DNA of 63,191 bases, filler included, from a bacterium (GCA_024275095.1; 4 parts of 4 records of this genome joined end to end with filler, not necessarily neighbours in it); one strand, 5' to 3'. Shown: positions 40,658-54,692, counted from the whole stretch's first letter. Program-made: numbers and translations. Notes: generated from the letters alone by a model not told the origin.

Positions 40658-41856
40658 CTATTCTCTCACGCCCAGATAATCGTAGCGTTTAACATCGCTA
40701 CTACCTTCCAGCAGTGCCTCAAGTTGTGAAAAAACCTCATGTGCATGCTCAACCTTAAATCTCTACCTCCGAGCCCGTAGATGCGGTTGATCAGTTTCGG
40801 CTTGCTGGAGGCTTCGTAAAGTGCAGATCTGATCTCCGTGTACATTGGTCCTGCAAAAGCCCCAAAAGAGTCTGAACGATCAAGCACCGCTACAGCTTTT
40901 GCATTCTGCAGGGCAGCACAAATTTCTTCCTGAGGAAATGGCCGAAAAACGCGCATCTTGAGCATACCAACCTTCCTGCCTTCTCTTCTCAACTGTTCAA
41001 CCACATATCGAGTTGTACCCGCGGCTGTTCCTGCAATAACAATGACAAGTTCTGCATCTTCGAGGCCGTACGTTTCAAAGTACCCGTACGAACGACCAAA
41101 CCGCTTCCCGAATTCCTCTCCGATCTCTTTAACAACACGTTTCGCATGATAGTATGCTTCCGCCTGGAGACGCTTGTGTTCCATGTAATAATCAGGAAGG
41201 TCAACAGGTCCGACAGTAATGGGATTGGAGATGTCCAGAAAATTGTAGGGACTTCGAGGTTGAGTGCCGATAAATTCTCTCACCTCTTCATCGCTGAGTG
41301 GAGTGACATTGAAAACCGAATGAGACACGTAAAACCCGTCGGACATCACCATCACAGGAAGAAACACATCAGGGTGTTCAGCAATCCGAACAGCCTGGAT
41401 GAGATTATCATAAACCTCCTGGGCGTCTTCAGAATAAAGCTGAATCCAGCCGGCATCTCTGCCGCCCATGGAATCTGAGTGGTCACAGTGAATGTTCAAG
41501 TTGGAATTGAGAGCCCTGTTGACAACCGCCATTACGAGGGGCAGCCTCAGGCTCGCCGCCACGTAAAGCATTTCCCACATAAGGGCGAATCCCTGGCTGG
41601 ATGTGGCCGTCATCACACGCACCCCGCATGTGGCTGCTCCAATGCATGCGCTCATAGCAGAATGTTCACTTTCAACGGTAACAAGCTCTGTTTGAACTTC
41701 TCCGTTGGCCACGTATTCAGCAAACTTTTCCATCACCGTTGTGGATGGAGTAATGGGATAGGCAGCCACCACGTCTGGATGGATCTGTTTCATCGCCAGT
41801 GCTATGGTTTCATTGCCGGTAAGGGCCAGCATTTGTCTTTTTACCTGGGCACTCAT
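40658..41856 (-). CDS. porA: Pyruvate/2-oxoacid:ferredoxin oxidoreductase alpha subunit (apparent 1-nt frameshift near 40755)
   Basis: AYPITP, VESEHSAMS, TATSSQG, YGLGGRD. After that the native-looking tail ...RYDYLGVRE* is in another frame, ending at 40658. Confidence 0.9.
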
Positions 41857-41864
41857 TTTTCACC

Positions 41865-42161
41865 TCACACTTCTTCCATAATCATGGTAATGCACTTCAC
41901 CTTGGGAGGGCACTCTTCCGCACAGATACCACAACCTTTGCAGTGATCGTAGTCGAAGCCCTTCATCTTTCCGTCCTCCACGATCACCGCGTCATCAGGA
42001 CAATAAACCCAGCAAAAGAGGCAATTAATGCATTTGTCCAGTTCGACGACAGGACGTTGAACACGCCACTCGCCTGTGTGAAAAGCCTCGGAAGTGGCAC
42101 CTCCAACGATAATGCCTCCGATATGGAGGTCTCGCCAGCCTTTAAGTTTTGCTTTCTCCAT
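41865..42161 (-). CDS. porD: POR delta subunit (2x[4Fe-4S] ferredoxin-like)
   Basis: TGEWR..RP, CINCLFCWVYCP, CKGCGICAEECP. Confidence 0.92.
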   Translation of the reverse strand: MEKAKLKGWRDLHIGGIIVGGATSEAFHTGEWRVQRPVVELDKCINCLFCWVYCPDDAVIVEDGKMKGFDYDHCKGCGICAEECPPKVKCITMIMEEV

Positions 42162-42508
42162 ACACCACCTCCTGGGTCCTCTTAACAGCCTCTATGTTCT
42201 TCTCAACAATGTCTTCGTGAAAATACTTCGAAAGGATTTCCTTGATGTTTTCCACAATTTCTTCTTGCTCGAGCTCACCCCACACTGAAAAAAACGCTGC
42301 CAGCATGGGCATGTTAGGGAGATCCCTGCCCATGGTCTCTGTGGATATACGCGTCGCAGGGAGTGTGTATATGCGGTTATTTGACATCCCGAGTTGCCTG
42401 CGTACTGTATCCACGTCTTTCTCTGTATTGAGTATAAACACGGTATTCTCATCGCAACCTTCTTTTACAAGGGGCGACTGTATGAGAAAAGGGTCCACAA
42501 CCACTACA
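42142..42508 (-). CDS. POR gamma subunit, C-terminal part (truncated by contig end)
   Basis: VVVDP.L, ILNT, AT.IS....GR.LPNMPML, N..AV; lies upstream of porD. Confidence 0.8.
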
Positions 42509-42608
42509 NNNNNNNNNNNNNNNNNNNNNNNNNNNNNNNNNNNNNNNNNNNNTTAATTAATTAANNNNNNNNNNNNNNNNNNNNNNNNNNNNNNNNNNNN
42601 NNNNNNNN
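42509..42608. other. Artificial contig linker
   Basis: N44-TTAATTAATTAA-N44. Confidence 0.97.
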
Positions 42609-42734
42609 CGCTAATCCCACCGTCGATAATACCCGCGTCATCGCAGCCGTCAACGTCGTCTTACCATGATCTACATGACCTATCGTTCCTACATTCACAT
42701 GCGGCTTCCGCCTCTCAAATTTAGGCTTCGACAT
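42609..42734 (-). CDS. tuf: Elongation factor Tu, N-terminal fragment
   Basis: [31 protein letters not shown]; not in the ORF track. Confidence 0.95.
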
Positions 42735-42764
42735 CTCTACACCTCCTGAATTTAAATCCGCATG

Positions 42765-44843
42765 TTAAACGACTTTTCTACCTAATACTCTGTCCTTTAT
42801 ATTATCAGGAACAGGTTCGTAACGGTAAAACTGCATTGTATAAGTACCACGTCCTTGTGTCAAGGAACGTAGTACCGTAGCATATCCAAACATTTCAGAA
42901 AGAGGTACAACTGCTTTAATCACCTGAGCATTACCACGACGGGTTGTGCTTTCTATTTTACCTCTGCGAGAATTGAGATCACCGATAACATCTCCCATGT
43001 ACTGCTCTGGCACCACCACTTCAACTTCCATCACTGGTTCAAGTATGTAGGGTTCTGCTTTCATAACGCCATCACGAAATGCCTGAGAAGCCGCGATTTT
43101 AAAGGCGATTTCAGAAGAGTCTACCTCGTGATAACTTCCGTCAACAACCGCGACTTTCACGTCCACCACAGGGTAACCGCCCACAACACCTTCTTCCATC
43201 GCTTCTATTACACCTTTCTCAACAGCAGGAATAAACTCTGAAGGAATGACCCCGCCTTTAATACGATCCTCAAACTCGAAGCCTTTACCACGAGGCAGAG
43301 GTTCTATTTCGAGAATCACGTGTCCATATTGACCACGCCCGCCGGTTTGGCGGATGTACTTGCCTTCAGAAACCACCTTTTTCGAAATACTTTCCTTATA
43401 TGCCACCTGAGGCTTGCCCACATTGGCCTGCACGTTGAACTCCCGGAGCAAACGGTCAACAATAATTTCGAGATGCAGCTCCCCCATTCCTGAAATGATG
43501 GTTTGTCCTGTCTCTTCGTTGTATCGAACCCTGAAAGAGGGGTCCTCCACACTGAGTTTTTGAAGCGCCAGAGAGAGCTTGTCCTGATCCGCCTTTGTTT
43601 TGGACTCCACAGCAAGGGAAATAACCGGCTCCGGAAAAGAAAGGGATTCAAGCACAATGGGATGCTTTTCGTCACATAAAGTATCACCTGTTGTAGTGTT
43701 TTTCAGACCAAGCACAGCTGCAATATCTCCTGCATAAAGTTCATTTATTTCTTCTCTTTTATCAGCGTGCATTTTCAACAAACGGCCGATCCGTTCTTTT
43801 TTACCCTTGCGTGGGTTGAGAAGAGACATACCCGTTTTTATGTGACCGGAATAAACACGAATGTACGTCAGCTGGCCCACATAAGGATCGGTCATGATTT
43901 TAAAAGCCAGTGCAGACACAGGAGCATCATCCTTGGCGGGTCTCTCTTCCGTTTCTCCTGTGTCCGGGTTTTCACCTTTTACAGGGGGAATGTCCACAGG
44001 CGAGGGAAGGTAATACACAACTGCATCCAGAAGAGGTTGAACACCAATGTTCCGAAATGCTGCACCACAAAGGACAGGTATACCCTTGAGATTAATGGTT
44101 ACTCGACGCAAGGCTTCCCGTATTTCCTTTTCGCTAATGTTCTCATTTTCGATATACTTTTCCATGAACACGTCATCGCTATCCGCTATTTTTTCCAGCA
44201 TTATTACTCTATATTCTTCGACTTTTTCTCTGAGCTCCGCTGGAATTTCATCTTCTATAACACGGGCACCCTGAACTTCCTGGTCAAAATAAAATGCTCT
44301 TTTTATGATAAGGTCTATTACTCCTTTGAATTTGTCTTCCGAACCAACAGGAAGCTGAACCGGAATAGGATTGGCTCCCAATCGCTCCACCATCATGGAT
44401 ATAACTCTGTCAAAATCAGCTCCCGTTCGATCCATTTTATTTACAAAGGCTATTCGTGGAACGTGGTATTTGTCGGCCTGACGCCATACAGTTTCAGACT
44501 GCGGCTCTACACCTCCAACAGCGCAAAACACAGCTATCGCACCATCGAGTACGCGAAGTGAACGTTCCACCTCGATGGTAAAATCCACATGACCTGGTGT
44601 GTCAATAATATTAATACGATGGTCTTTCCAGAAACATGTTGTAGAAGCAGAGGTTATGGTAATACCCCTCTCCTTTTCCTGGGGCATCCAGTCCATGGTG
44701 GCAGTGCCTTCGTCTACTTCCCCAATGCGGTGCTTCAAACCTGTATAATAGAGAATTCGCTCCGTGGTTGTAGTTTTCCCGGCATCTATGTGAGCCATAA
44801 TTCCGATATTCCTCTGTCGTTCTATGGGTACCCTGCGAGGCAT
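42765..44843 (-). CDS. fusA: Elongation factor G
   Basis: [37 protein letters not shown]. Confidence 0.98.
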   Translation of the reverse strand: MPRRVPIERQRNIGIMAHIDAGKTTTTERILYYTGLKHRIGEVDEGTATMDWMPQEKERGITITSASTTCFWKDHRINIIDTPGHVDFTIEVERSLRVLDGAIAVFCAVGGVEPQSETVWRQADKYHVPRIAFVNKMDRTGADFDRVISMMVERLGANPIPVQLPVGSEDKFKGVIDLIIKRAFYFDQEVQGARVIEDEIPAELREKVEEYRVIMLEKIADSDDVFMEKYIENENISEKEIREALRRVTINLKGIPVLCGAAFRNIGVQPLLDAVVYYLPSPVDIPPVKGENPDTGETEERPAKDDAPVSALAFKIMTDPYVGQLTYIRVYSGHIKTGMSLLNPRKGKKERIGRLLKMHADKREEINELYAGDIAAVLGLKNTTTGDTLCDEKHPIVLESLSFPEPVISLAVESKTKADQDKLSLALQKLSVEDPSFRVRYNEETGQTIISGMGELHLEIIVDRLLREFNVQANVGKPQVAYKESISKKVVSEGKYIRQTGGRGQYGHVILEIEPLPRGKGFEFEDRIKGGVIPSEFIPAVEKGVIEAMEEGVVGGYPVVDVKVAVVDGSYHEVDSSEIAFKIAASQAFRDGVMKAEPYILEPVMEVEVVVPEQYMGDVIGDLNSRRGKIESTTRRGNAQVIKAVVPLSEMFGYATVLRSLTQGRGTYTMQFYRYEPVPDNIKDRVLGRKVV

Positions 44844-44899
44844 TGCAAAATCCCTTTTTCAGTTTTCTCCTCGTCTCCAACGTGATTAGATTTATCCTT

Positions 44900-45370
44900 T
44901 TACCAGCGATAATGAATGAAGGCTTTATTGGACTCCGCAATCCTATGAACTTCTTCCCTTTTCCTGACGGCTCCACCCTTTCCTTCGGACGCGTCCATTA
45001 TCTCATTTGCAAGGCGGTCGACCATTCGTTTTTCAGAACGGCTTCTTGCTGCTCTTACAATCCATTTAATGGCGAGCTTTAAACGCCTGTCAGGAGGAAC
45101 TTCCACAGGCACCTGGTATGTGGCCCCGCCCACTCTCCTCGACTTTGTCTCCATTATCGGCTTCACGTTCTCAAGAGCCATCTTCCACACTTTGAGAGGA
45201 TTATCCTTCTTCCTTTCCCTCACAATGTCGAAAGCCCCGTACACGATCTTTTCCGCAACCGTCTTTTTACCATCCCACATGATATTGTTTATTAATTTAT
45301 GCACGCTTTCATCGTTATATATGGGATCAGGCGGAACCTCACGTTTCTTATATTTGCCTCTTCTCGACAT
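44900..45370 (-). CDS. rpsG: 30S ribosomal protein S7
   Basis: MSRRG, DGKK..AE, SRRVGGATYQVP, AESNKAF.HYRW. Start at ATG 45370. Confidence 0.97.
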   Translation of the reverse strand: MSRRGKYKKREVPPDPIYNDESVHKLINNIMWDGKKTVAEKIVYGAFDIVRERKKDNPLKVWKMALENVKPIMETKSRRVGGATYQVPVEVPPDRRLKLAIKWIVRAARSRSEKRMVDRLANEIMDASEGKGGAVRKREEVHRIAESNKAFIHYRW

Positions 45371-45387
45371 CTCGCTGCCTCTGGCAA

Positions 45388-45759
45388 CTATTTGGGTTTC
45401 TTCGTCCCGTAACACGAACGAGACTTTTTACGATTCTCAACACCAGCACAATCGAGAGTGCCTCTGATAACCTGATAACGCACTCCCGGAAGGTCCTTCA
45501 CGCGTCCACCACGAACAAGAACAACGTGATGCTCCTGAAGGTTATGGCCTTCGCCCGGAATATAAGCTGTCACTTCAATTCCATTGGACAGTCTCACCCT
45601 TGTTACCTTTCTCAACGCGGAGTTGGGTTTTTTAGGAGTTGTAGTAAAAACCCTCAAGCACACACCCCTCTTTTGAGGGCACTTTTGCAGAGCAGGAACC
45701 TTGGACTTTTTCTTAACAGGCTCACGTCCTTTGCGAACAAGTTGATTAAAAGTAGGCAT
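45388..45759 (-). CDS. rpsL: 30S ribosomal protein S12
   Basis: [29 protein letters not shown]. Confidence 0.98.
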   Translation of the reverse strand: MPTFNQLVRKGREPVKKKSKVPALQKCPQKRGVCLRVFTTTPKKPNSALRKVTRVRLSNGIEVTAYIPGEGHNLQEHHVVLVRGGRVKDLPGVRYQVIRGTLDCAGVENRKKSRSCYGTKKPK

Positions 45760-45803
45760 CAGTAAATCTCCTCACCTTCTCACTCAAATACTTGAATTAA
45801 AAT

Positions 45804-45832
45804 ATTTTAAATGCAATCACCTTACCTGTCAA
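45804..45832 (-). promoter_or_regulatory. sigma70-type promoter of the str (rpsL) operon
   Basis: TTGACA-N17-TAAAAT between rpoC and rpsL. Confidence 0.7.
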
Positions 45833-45838
45833 TGAACT

Positions 45839-48800
45839 TCAGTCTTTCGACGCCATTAAAGTCTCAAAAAGATCCTCATCCATCTCTATTTTCATACGGA
45901 ATTTACCATACTGCGTAAATCCCGTACCGCATGGAATAAGCCGACCCATAATGACGTTCTCTTTGAGCCCTCTGAGATAATCAATCTTTCCAGATATTGC
46001 TGCTTCTGTGAGCACCTTGACGGTCTCCTGGAATGAAGCTGCAGAAATCCAGCTCTCCGTGGTGAGTGAGGCTTTGGAAATACCCAAGAGCAACGGTTCC
46101 GCTACTGCTGGTTTGCGACCTTCCTTTATAACTCTCTCATTCTCATCCTCAAATACCCATTTATCCACCTGTTCTCCCACAATGAAATCAGTATCACCAG
46201 GATCCACAATTTTTACTTTTCGAAGCATCTGGCGGACAATTACTTCTATATGCTTGTCGTTTATGCGAACACCCTGAAGACGATATACTTCCTGGATTTC
46301 GTCCACCAGAAACCGAGCAAGCCCTTTCTCTCCTAAAACACGAAGTATGTCATGTGGGTTGGGTGATCCATCTACAAGAGGCTCTCCTGCGCGAACACGG
46401 TCTCCATCGTATACTATTATGTGTTTTCCTCTGGGGATCTGGTACACTTTGGGTTCCCCTACTTCTGGATACACGTAAAGTTCGCGCCTGCCACGGGAGT
46501 CTTCTTTGCCGTATTTTACAACTCCATCGATTTCACTAATAACAGCCAGATCCTTGGGTTTACGAGCCTCAAACAACTCCGCCACACGTGGTAAACCGCC
46601 GGTAATGTCTTTTGTCTTGGTTATTTCCCTGGGTATTTTCGCTATAACATCACCTGCATGAACCGTATCGCCCTCGTTAACCATAATAACCGCATTTTTG
46701 GGCAAGTAGTACCGGGCGTATTGCTCCGTACCTTCAATCTTTTTCGTTCTACCCTTCTCGTCTTTAATAGAAATACGCGGCCGCAAATCCGGCTTCTTGG
46801 GTGCGATGATAACACGCTGTGAGAGCCCTGTATGCTCATCATGACGCTCTTCCATTGTAAGTCCTTCGAGAATGTCCCCGAATTTTACAATACCGGAAAC
46901 CTCAGAAATAATAGGTCTGTTATAAGGATCCCATTCAGCCAGTAACTGACCTGCCTTTACTTCCTCACCGTCATTCACAAAAAGCTTGGCACCGTACGGC
47001 AAGCGATAACGTTCACGCTCACGCCCATGCACATCTTCTATGACAATTTCTGCACTGCGATTCATGACAACAGCTTTTCCGTCTTTCCCGTACACGAACT
47101 TAACTTCACGGAATCTGACCACCCCGTCGTTACGGGCCTCATGCGTGGATTGTTCGACCTTTCCACTGGCAGCTCCACCGATGTGAAATGTGCGCATGGT
47201 GAGCTGGGTGCCTGGTTCACCAATAGATTGAGCAGCAATAATGCCTACAGCTTCCCCGAGCTCCACCAATTTACCCCTGGCCAGGTCTCGACCGTAACAC
47301 AGAGAACAAATTCCTCTTTTCGTTTTGCACGTAAGCACGGACCTGATTAGAACTTTATCTATTCCAGCCTCTTCAATTTTACGAGCAGCGTCTTCGTCTA
47401 TCTCCTCGTTTGCCTTGACTATTACCTCGCCTGTGTAAGGATCAATGATATCAAATAGAGCAACACGACCCAGAATACGTTGAGACAGAGGTTCTATAAT
47501 TTCCCCTGCTTCCTCCAGTGCCGTCACTTCAATCCCATCCAGAGTGCCACAATCATATTCAGTGATAATGGCATCCTGTGCCACGTCCACGAGCCTGCGC
47601 GTAAGATAACCCGCATTTGCAGTCTTCAAAGCCGTGTCAGCAAGTCCTTTACGTGCTCCGTGAGTGGAAATAAAGTATTGAATAATATTGAGACCCTCAC
47701 GGAAGTTGGCCGTAATCGGTGTTTCAATAATTTCCCCAGAAGGTTTGGCCATAAGGCCTCTCATGCCCGCAAGCTGCCGAATCTGCTGGGCCGAGCCTCG
47801 TGCTCCAGAATCCGCCATCATATAAATAGAATTGAACGAGTCAACTTCCATTTCTTTGCCGTCTTCGGTCCGGATAACGTCCGTACCGATCTCTTTCATC
47901 ATCTCCTTTGATATTTCATCAGTCACGCGAGACCATATATCAACAACTTTATTGTATCTCTCACCTTCTGTGATAAGACCTTCGTAGTATTGTCTCTGGA
48001 TTTCTGCTACTTCTCTCTCAGCTTCCCGTATAAGTTCATCTTTTTTAGAGGGCACGCGCAAGTCTTCAATATTTATGGATATACCAGCTCTAGTGGCCAT
48101 AGAAAATCCCAGATTCTTCAACCTGTCAGCAAGAATCACCGTAGCCTTCTGGCCATTGCGCCTGTAACAGGTATCAATAATTTCTGCTATCTCGCTTTTA
48201 CCGAGAACTCGATTAACAAGGGAAAACGACAAACCCTCAGGAAACACCTCATATATCAGGCAGCGCCCTACAGTTGTTTCTTCAAGTTTCCCGTTAATCC
48301 GGACCTTTATTTTAGCGTGAAGGTCAAGAGCTCCGTTTTCATAGGCAATGCGAACCTCATCAATGGACGAAAAGACCTTTCCTTCGCCCTTTACAAAAGG
48401 ACGTTCCTTGGTCATGTAGTAAAGCCCGAGAACGATATCCTGTGTGGGTACAATGATGGGTTTACCATGAGCAGGGGAAAGGATGTTATTGGTTGACATC
48501 ATGAGTACGCGGGCTTCAACCTGAGCAAGGATGGACAGTGGTATGTGCACTGCCATCTGGTCTCCATCAAAATCCGCATTGTAAGCCGTGCATACAAGCG
48601 GATGTATCTGAATCGCCTTTCCCTCTATAAGAATGGGCTCAAAAGCCTGAATGCCCAAACGGTGAAGAGTGGGAGCACGGTTTAAAAGTACGGGGTGTTC
48701 ACGCACAATCTCATCCAGCACATCCCATACCTCTTTTACACCCTGATCCACCATCCGCTTTGCTTCTTTGAGCGTGAGTGCCAGGCCCTTTTCTTCCAGT

Positions 48801-49954
48801 TTATTAAAAACAAACGGTTTAAAAAGCTCCAGTGCCATAATCTTTGGTAGTCCGCATTCGTGAAGCTTCAACTCCGGACCAACAACGATAACGGAACGGC
48901 CAGAATAATCCACACGCTTTCCGAGAAGGTTCTGTCTGAAACGCCCCTGTTTGCCTTTGATCGCGTCACTGAGAGACTTAAGAGGTCGCTTGTTGGAACC
49001 AAGCACTGGTCTTCCACGCCGCCCGTTTTCGATAAGCGAATCAACTGCTTCCTGAAGCATACGTTTTTCATTGCTAATGATGATATCAGGAGCATTCAGT
49101 TCCATAAGTCTCTTGAGGCGATTATTGCGATTTATTACACGACGATAAAGATCATTTAGGTCACTGGTTGCAAACCGTCCACCTTCAAGAGGAACAAGTG
49201 GCCTCAGGTCCGGTGGAATAACAGGAATCACGTGAAGGATCATCCACTCAGGGCGATTTCCAGAAAACCGAAATGCGTTTATCACCTTCAAGCGTCGAGC
49301 TATTCGCTTAATTCGACCTTCTGAATGGGTATTATTCAACTCCGCATAAAGCCTTTCCGCCTCTTCATCCAAGTTCATGTTTTTAAGAATTTCCTCAACA
49401 GCTCCTGCTCCAATGCCTGCTTTAAAAGCATCTTTACCGTACTTTTTCTGACATTCCTGGAGTTCGCTCTCCGAGAGGATCTGGCATCGTTTCAAATTGG
49501 TCTTTCCAGGATCAATCACAATGTAACTGTCGTAATAGAGAACCTTTTCCAGACTCTTGATGCTGATGTCCAGGAGTGTTCCTATGCGTGACGGCAAAGA
49601 CCTTACGTACCATATATGCGCAACAGGTGCAGCGAGTTCGATGTGACCCATGCGCTCCCGTCGGACTTTCGCAGGGATCACCTCAACACCGCACTTTTCG
49701 CAGACCACCCCCCTGTGTTTCATGCGTTTGTAACGCCCGCACAGACATTCGTAATCTTTAATGGGACCGAAGATTTTGGCACAAAACAGTCCATCACGCT
49801 CCGGTTTGAATGTCCGGTAGTTAATGGTTTCGTGTTTCTTTACTTCGCCGTGAGACCAGTTGCGAATTTTTTCAGGAGACGCAAGTCTAACCCTGACCGC
49901 GACAAAGTCAAGGGGATTCTTAGGCCTTTCAAAAATATAGCCGAACTCTTTCAA
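45839..49954 (-). CDS. rpoC: RNA polymerase beta' subunit
   Basis: Zinc finger and NADFDGD motif. The TTG at 49954 lies 6 nt after AGGAGG. Confidence 0.98.
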   Translation of the reverse strand: MKEFGYIFERPKNPLDFVAVRVRLASPEKIRNWSHGEVKKHETINYRTFKPERDGLFCAKIFGPIKDYECLCGRYKRMKHRGVVCEKCGVEVIPAKVRRERMGHIELAAPVAHIWYVRSLPSRIGTLLDISIKSLEKVLYYDSYIVIDPGKTNLKRCQILSESELQECQKKYGKDAFKAGIGAGAVEEILKNMNLDEEAERLYAELNNTHSEGRIKRIARRLKVINAFRFSGNRPEWMILHVIPVIPPDLRPLVPLEGGRFATSDLNDLYRRVINRNNRLKRLMELNAPDIIISNEKRMLQEAVDSLIENGRRGRPVLGSNKRPLKSLSDAIKGKQGRFRQNLLGKRVDYSGRSVIVVGPELKLHECGLPKIMALELFKPFVFNKLEEKGLALTLKEAKRMVDQGVKEVWDVLDEIVREHPVLLNRAPTLHRLGIQAFEPILIEGKAIQIHPLVCTAYNADFDGDQMAVHIPLSILAQVEARVLMMSTNNILSPAHGKPIIVPTQDIVLGLYYMTKERPFVKGEGKVFSSIDEVRIAYENGALDLHAKIKVRINGKLEETTVGRCLIYEVFPEGLSFSLVNRVLGKSEIAEIIDTCYRRNGQKATVILADRLKNLGFSMATRAGISINIEDLRVPSKKDELIREAEREVAEIQRQYYEGLITEGERYNKVVDIWSRVTDEISKEMMKEIGTDVIRTEDGKEMEVDSFNSIYMMADSGARGSAQQIRQLAGMRGLMAKPSGEIIETPITANFREGLNIIQYFISTHGARKGLADTALKTANAGYLTRRLVDVAQDAIITEYDCGTLDGIEVTALEEAGEIIEPLSQRILGRVALFDIIDPYTGEVIVKANEEIDEDAARKIEEAGIDKVLIRSVLTCKTKRGICSLCYGRDLARGKLVELGEAVGIIAAQSIGEPGTQLTMRTFHIGGAASGKVEQSTHEARNDGVVRFREVKFVYGKDGKAVVMNRSAEIVIEDVHGRERERYRLPYGAKLFVNDGEEVKAGQLLAEWDPYNRPIISEVSGIVKFGDILEGLTMEERHDEHTGLSQRVIIAPKKPDLRPRISIKDEKGRTKKIEGTEQYARYYLPKNAVIMVNEGDTVHAGDVIAKIPREITKTKDITGGLPRVAELFEARKPKDLAVISEIDGVVKYGKEDSRGRRELYVYPEVGEPKVYQIPRGKHIIVYDGDRVRAGEPLVDGSPNPHDILRVLGEKGLARFLVDEIQEVYRLQGVRINDKHIEVIVRQMLRKVKIVDPGDTDFIVGEQVDKWVFEDENERVIKEGRKPAVAEPLLLGISKASLTTESWISAASFQETVKVLTEAAISGKIDYLRGLKENVIMGRLIPCGTGFTQYGKFRMKIEMDEDLFETLMASKD

Positions 49955-49956
49955 GT

Positions 49957-52900
49957 TCAACCTCCTGCCTTGGTTTTTTGTCTTTCTTTAAGGTGCTCCA
50001 GTTCCTTCTTGAGCTCTTCTAAATCCTCCTCTTCGAGAAGCTGAACGTCTATGGCCAGTGCCTGAAGCTCCTTAATGAGCACATTGAAGGATTCAGGGAG
50101 CCCCGGTTCAAGATCGAGCTTGCCCTTAACGATTGACTCGTACATCTTTACGCGGCCTGTAACATCGTCGGATTTAACCGTAAGAAATTCCTGAAGGCTG
50201 TAGGCTGCTCCATATGCCTCAAGTGCCCACACTTCCATCTCACCAAGCCGCTGGCCTCCAAAATGCGATTTTCCTCCGAGTGGTTGTTGAGTGATAAGGG
50301 AATAAGGCCCAATGGAACGAGCATGAATCTTATCATCCACCATGTGGATAAGTTTCATCACGTACATGTAACCTACTGTTACATCGAAGTGAAAAGGTTC
50401 TCCTGTTTTACCATCGTAAAGCCGGGTTCTTCCCGTACGCGGCAACCCAGCCTTTTCCATGAACTCTTTAACCTCTTCTTCGGTAGCCCCGTCAAAAACA
50501 GGACAAGCCACGGGTACACCTTTCATGCATCCTTTGATAATACGAATGAGAGATTCCCTATCCAAGGATTCAATTACTTTCCTGTAGCCCGGAGAATCGT
50601 AAATCTGGAGGAGTATTTGCCGCAGCTGCTTCTCGTCCAGAGCACTATCTATCATCTCAGCTATACGCTTACCCATCTCCCTTGCTGCCCAACCCAGATG
50701 TGTCTCCAGCACCTGCCCCACGTTCATACGCGATGGCACACCCAGCGGGTTGAGCACTACATCTACAGGTGTCCCGTCTTCAAGATAAGGCATGTCTTCA
50801 ATAGGAAGAATTTTGGATATAACCCCTTTGTTCCCGTGCCTGCCCGCGAGTTTATCTCCCACCTGTATTTTTCTTTTAACAGCCACATTAACCTTTACAA
50901 TTTTGAGCACACCAGGTGGTAACTCCTCACCTTTCCTCAAACGGTTAATTCGTTCCTTGTAAACAGTGTTGATAAGTGAAACCTGCTCGTCGTATTTGTT
51001 CACAAGATCTTCTAACTTTTTAAGTAGCTCTTCATCCCCAAGGTCAAGTTTAGTGAGCCGGGTATAGGGTATGCGGTCAATGTGTTCATCTTTGATCTTT
51101 TCACCTTCTTTAATGATCGTTTGTTTGCCAATAACAAAATCGCTTTTGACCTTTCGTCCTCGTAAAAGAGCTTTTATCTTGGCAAGGTGATTTTCATGAA
51201 TGACCCGCAACTCATCTTCTCTGTCTTTTTCTAATCTGGCGATTTCCTGCTCCTCCTGAGACTTCAAACGTGAATCTTTCTCAAGGCCTCGTCTGGTAAG
51301 TACCGTTGTACCAATAACCACGCCCGTAACACCAGGTGGTACCTTTAAAGATGTGTCTCTTACATCCGAGGCTTTTTCTCCAAATATGGCCCTCAGAAGT
51401 TTTTCTTCGGGAGTAAGATATGTTTCTTCTTTGGGGGTTATCTTCCCAACAAGAATGTCACCCGGTTTAACTTCGGCGCCAATGCGAATAATTCCGCTTT
51501 CATCGAGATTGCTCAATGCCTCATCACTTACACCCGGAATATCTCTTGTAATTTCTTCAGGACCTAATTTAGTCTCTCTGGCAACGCATTCGAATTCTTC
51601 GATGTGAATAGATGTAAGAACATCATCACGAACCAGACGTTCGCTGATAAGTATGGCATCCTCGAAGTTGTACCCATTCCATGGCATAAAGGCCACGAGC
51701 AAATTTTTACCAAGGGCGAGTTCTCCCTTGTCAGAAGCTGGACCATCAGCAATGATCTGGCCTTTGCTTACCTTTTCTCCCTTTTTCACTATAGGCTTAT
51801 GATTGAAACACGTACCCTGATTAAGCTTGCGGAATTTGGTAAGTGTATATATATCTACACCCCCGCCTTCTTTTTCACTCACCCTCACCACAATTCTATT
51901 GGCATCCGCATATTCTACCACGCCATCCCTTCGAGCGACCACGGCGTATCCGGAATCCCGAACCACTCGACTTTCCATTCCCGTACCAACCAGCGGTGCT
52001 TCATTTACCAGAAGAGGCACAGCCTGCCTCTGCATGTTAGAACCCATGAGAGCGCGGTTGGCATCATCGTGGCCGAGAAAAGGTATGAGAGATGACGAGA
52101 CACTTACAAGTTGAGTGGGAGTTAAATCTATCAAATCCACCTGCTCTTTTGGGACTATCCTGATTTCGCCTCCAACCCTTGCAACAACGTGATCTTCAGT
52201 AATATTTCCTTTTTCATCCCGGGAAGTGTTGGCCTGGGCAATTACGTGGTTTTCCTCATCGAGAGCTGAAAGGTATACAATCTCGTCTGTAATTTTTCCG
52301 TCTTTTACTACCCGGTAAGGCGTTTCTATGAAACCGTACTCATTAACACGCGCATATGTGGCAAGAGAGGTAATGAGGCCGATATTCGGACCTTCTGGAG
52401 TTTCAATAGGACAGATCTTCCCATAATGAGTGGGATGAACATCCCGCACTTCAAACCCGGCTCTCTCACGTGTAAGTCCTCCGGGTCCCAGTGCACTGAG
52501 TCGACGTTTGTGTGTAAGTTCCGCAAGTGGATTGGTCTGATCGAGGAATTGGGAGAGCTGACCCGTCGCAAAAAACTCCCTCAGCGTCCCCAAAACCGGC
52601 TTAAAATTCACAATATCGTTGGGCATGACCGTTTCAACATCCACAAAACCAAGTTTATCCCTGACGATTCGTTCCATGCGGATAAGTCCTATTCTGAAGT
52701 AATTTTCAACAAGTTCACCAACAGGTCTCACGCGACGGTTACCCAGATGGTCAATATCATCAGGGTGACCTCTCCCGTCTTTCAGGTTAAATAAATATTT
52801 AAGAGTCGCCACCACATCTTCCTTTGTAAGGGTGGTGGTGCTCATGGGAACATCCAGACCCAATCGTTTATTAATCTTTAAGCGTCCAACTTTTGTAAGA

Positions 52901-54114
52901 TCATAACGCTGTTTATCAAAAAAGAGCATGTTAAGATAATTCTCTGCTGCTTCCAGTGAAGGTGGTTCTCCCGGTCTCATCTTTCGATATATTTCAATAA
53001 GAGCGATTTCTCTGTTTTTGGCTTTTTCTGTTCTCAGTGTGTCTATTATGGATGAGGAAATATTCAGGTTATCAAAAAATGCTATTTCAAATTCTCTTAT
53101 TCCAGCCTTGATAATATTGGTAAGAGCGTCGCGCGTAATTTCAGCACCACATGCAACAATAACATTACCATCCTTATCCACTATATCCTGAGGAGGTACC
53201 TTCCCCACCACGTGGTCCTCCGAAACTGCAAAATATTCAATTCCTGCTTCTGCGATTCGTCGCGCAATGCGTTTATTAATCCTCCTGTGTTTTCTTACAA
53301 TCACCTCACCTGTTCGGGGATCCTTTATATCTTCAGCAGGCCTTTGATAAGTAATAACATCTGGATTAACCTTCTTGTAAATCTTACCACCTTCTATTTT
53401 TACCTCCTCGATCGGGTAGAACGTCCGAATAATATCCTCAGCAGTGTAACCAAGCGCCTTTAACAACACCGTCGCGGGAATTTTCCGCTTCCTGTCAATA
53501 CGAACGTAAAATATTCCCTTATGCTCAAACTCGAAATCGAGCCAGGAGCCCCGATATGGAATGATTCGTGCTGTGTAAAAAGGACGTCCGTGAGTCTTTG
53601 TTTTCAATTTATCCAGTTCAAAAAACACTCCGGGAGAACGATGGAGCTGATTAACAACCACACGCTCCGTACCATTGATAATGAATGTTCCAGTGTCTGT
53701 CATAAGGGGAATTTCTCCAAAATACACATCCTGTTCCTTGATATCCCGAATTTCCCGATTACCTGTCTCCTCGTCCACATCCCATACAACGAGCCTGATG
53801 GTTACACGCATTGGAGCAGCATATGTTAAACCTTTGAGACGGCACTCTTCCGGTGTGTATTTAGGATCATCAATCTCGTACTTCACGTATTCCAGAGAAG
53901 CTCTACCATTAATAGCTTCTATGGGAAACACGGAATGAAACGCAGCGTGAATTCCGATATTATCCCGGTTGTCAGGAGAGACATCTTTTTGAAGGAACTG
54001 CTCATAAGAAGATCTCTGGAGTTCAATAAGATAGGGTGGATCAATAGGGGACGGTATTTTGGCAAAGTTTTTTCTCAACTTATAAGGCAAACCGATGATA
54101 TAGTTACTGGCCAT
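49957..54114 (-). CDS. rpoB: RNA polymerase beta subunit
   Basis: [35 protein letters not shown]. Start is either ATG 54114 or GTG 54123. Confidence 0.98.
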   Translation of the reverse strand: MASNYIIGLPYKLRKNFAKIPSPIDPPYLIELQRSSYEQFLQKDVSPDNRDNIGIHAAFHSVFPIEAINGRASLEYVKYEIDDPKYTPEECRLKGLTYAAPMRVTIRLVVWDVDEETGNREIRDIKEQDVYFGEIPLMTDTGTFIINGTERVVVNQLHRSPGVFFELDKLKTKTHGRPFYTARIIPYRGSWLDFEFEHKGIFYVRIDRKRKIPATVLLKALGYTAEDIIRTFYPIEEVKIEGGKIYKKVNPDVITYQRPAEDIKDPRTGEVIVRKHRRINKRIARRIAEAGIEYFAVSEDHVVGKVPPQDIVDKDGNVIVACGAEITRDALTNIIKAGIREFEIAFFDNLNISSSIIDTLRTEKAKNREIALIEIYRKMRPGEPPSLEAAENYLNMLFFDKQRYDLTKVGRLKINKRLGLDVPMSTTTLTKEDVVATLKYLFNLKDGRGHPDDIDHLGNRRVRPVGELVENYFRIGLIRMERIVRDKLGFVDVETVMPNDIVNFKPVLGTLREFFATGQLSQFLDQTNPLAELTHKRRLSALGPGGLTRERAGFEVRDVHPTHYGKICPIETPEGPNIGLITSLATYARVNEYGFIETPYRVVKDGKITDEIVYLSALDEENHVIAQANTSRDEKGNITEDHVVARVGGEIRIVPKEQVDLIDLTPTQLVSVSSSLIPFLGHDDANRALMGSNMQRQAVPLLVNEAPLVGTGMESRVVRDSGYAVVARRDGVVEYADANRIVVRVSEKEGGGVDIYTLTKFRKLNQGTCFNHKPIVKKGEKVSKGQIIADGPASDKGELALGKNLLVAFMPWNGYNFEDAILISERLVRDDVLTSIHIEEFECVARETKLGPEEITRDIPGVSDEALSNLDESGIIRIGAEVKPGDILVGKITPKEETYLTPEEKLLRAIFGEKASDVRDTSLKVPPGVTGVVIGTTVLTRRGLEKDSRLKSQEEQEIARLEKDREDELRVIHENHLAKIKALLRGRKVKSDFVIGKQTIIKEGEKIKDEHIDRIPYTRLTKLDLGDEELLKKLEDLVNKYDEQVSLINTVYKERINRLRKGEELPPGVLKIVKVNVAVKRKIQVGDKLAGRHGNKGVISKILPIEDMPYLEDGTPVDVVLNPLGVPSRMNVGQVLETHLGWAAREMGKRIAEMIDSALDEKQLRQILLQIYDSPGYRKVIESLDRESLIRIIKGCMKGVPVACPVFDGATEEEVKEFMEKAGLPRTGRTRLYDGKTGEPFHFDVTVGYMYVMKLIHMVDDKIHARSIGPYSLITQQPLGGKSHFGGQRLGEMEVWALEAYGAAYSLQEFLTVKSDDVTGRVKMYESIVKGKLDLEPGLPESFNVLIKELQALAIDVQLLEEEDLEELKKELEHLKERQKTKAGG

Positions 54115-54158
54115 CGGGTTCACACCCCCTTAAGTTATTTACAAATTCCAACCACATA

Positions 54159-54182
54159 TGCACCACACCACCTTGTGGTGCA
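54159..54182. other. 9-bp hairpin in the rplL-rpoB spacer
   Basis: TGCACCACA-ccacct-TGTGGTGCA. There is no U tract, so a processing or attenuation role is speculative. Confidence 0.35.
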
Positions 54183-54238
54183 ATAACCACTTATAATGAA
54201 TTGAAGCAACCGAAACACAGATTTTTCAGGCCTTCACT

Positions 54239-54661
54239 TTACTTAATTTCAACTTCTGCACCAGCCTTTTCCAGTTGTTCCTTGATTTTCTTTGCTTCGT
54301 CAACGCTGATTCCCTCTTTCACCGGAGCTGGAGCAGACTCAACCAGCTCTTTGGCTTCCTTGAGACCGAGACCAGTAATTGCTCTTACTTCTTTGATAAC
54401 CTGAACTTTTTGACTGCCAAATGATTTGAGAATAACAGAAACTTCTTTTTCTTCCTCTGCAGCGGCTTCCTCACCAGCAGCCTGGCCTGCAGGAGCAGCT
54501 GCAACAGCCACAGGCGCTGCTGCGGATACGCCAAACTTGTCCTCCAGTGCTTTTACAAGCTGAGACAGTTCAAGAACTGTGAGCTGACTGATCTGCTCTA
54601 CAAGATTCTGCACCTTTTCACTGACTTCCAATGTTTCTTTGGCTGCTTCTTTTTCTGCCAT
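54239..54661 (-). CDS. rplL: 50S ribosomal protein L7/L12
   Basis: [35 protein letters not shown]. Confidence 0.97.
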   Translation of the reverse strand: MAEKEAAKETLEVSEKVQNLVEQISQLTVLELSQLVKALEDKFGVSAAAPVAVAAAPAGQAAGEEAAAEEEKEVSVILKSFGSQKVQVIKEVRAITGLGLKEAKELVESAPAPVKEGISVDEAKKIKEQLEKAGAEVEIK

Positions 54662-54692
54662 CATTGACCTCCGTTTAATGATTTAAATTGTT

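Noticed and set aside
40745..40765. Programmed ribosomal frameshift in porA
   Set aside because: No canonical slippery heptamer or stimulatory structure is evident. A sequencing indel is the simpler explanation.
49950..49966. rpoB-rpoC fusion or overlap
   Set aside because: rpoB has its own TGA, and rpoC has an AGGAGG with a well-spaced TTG at 49954. They are ordinary separate genes.
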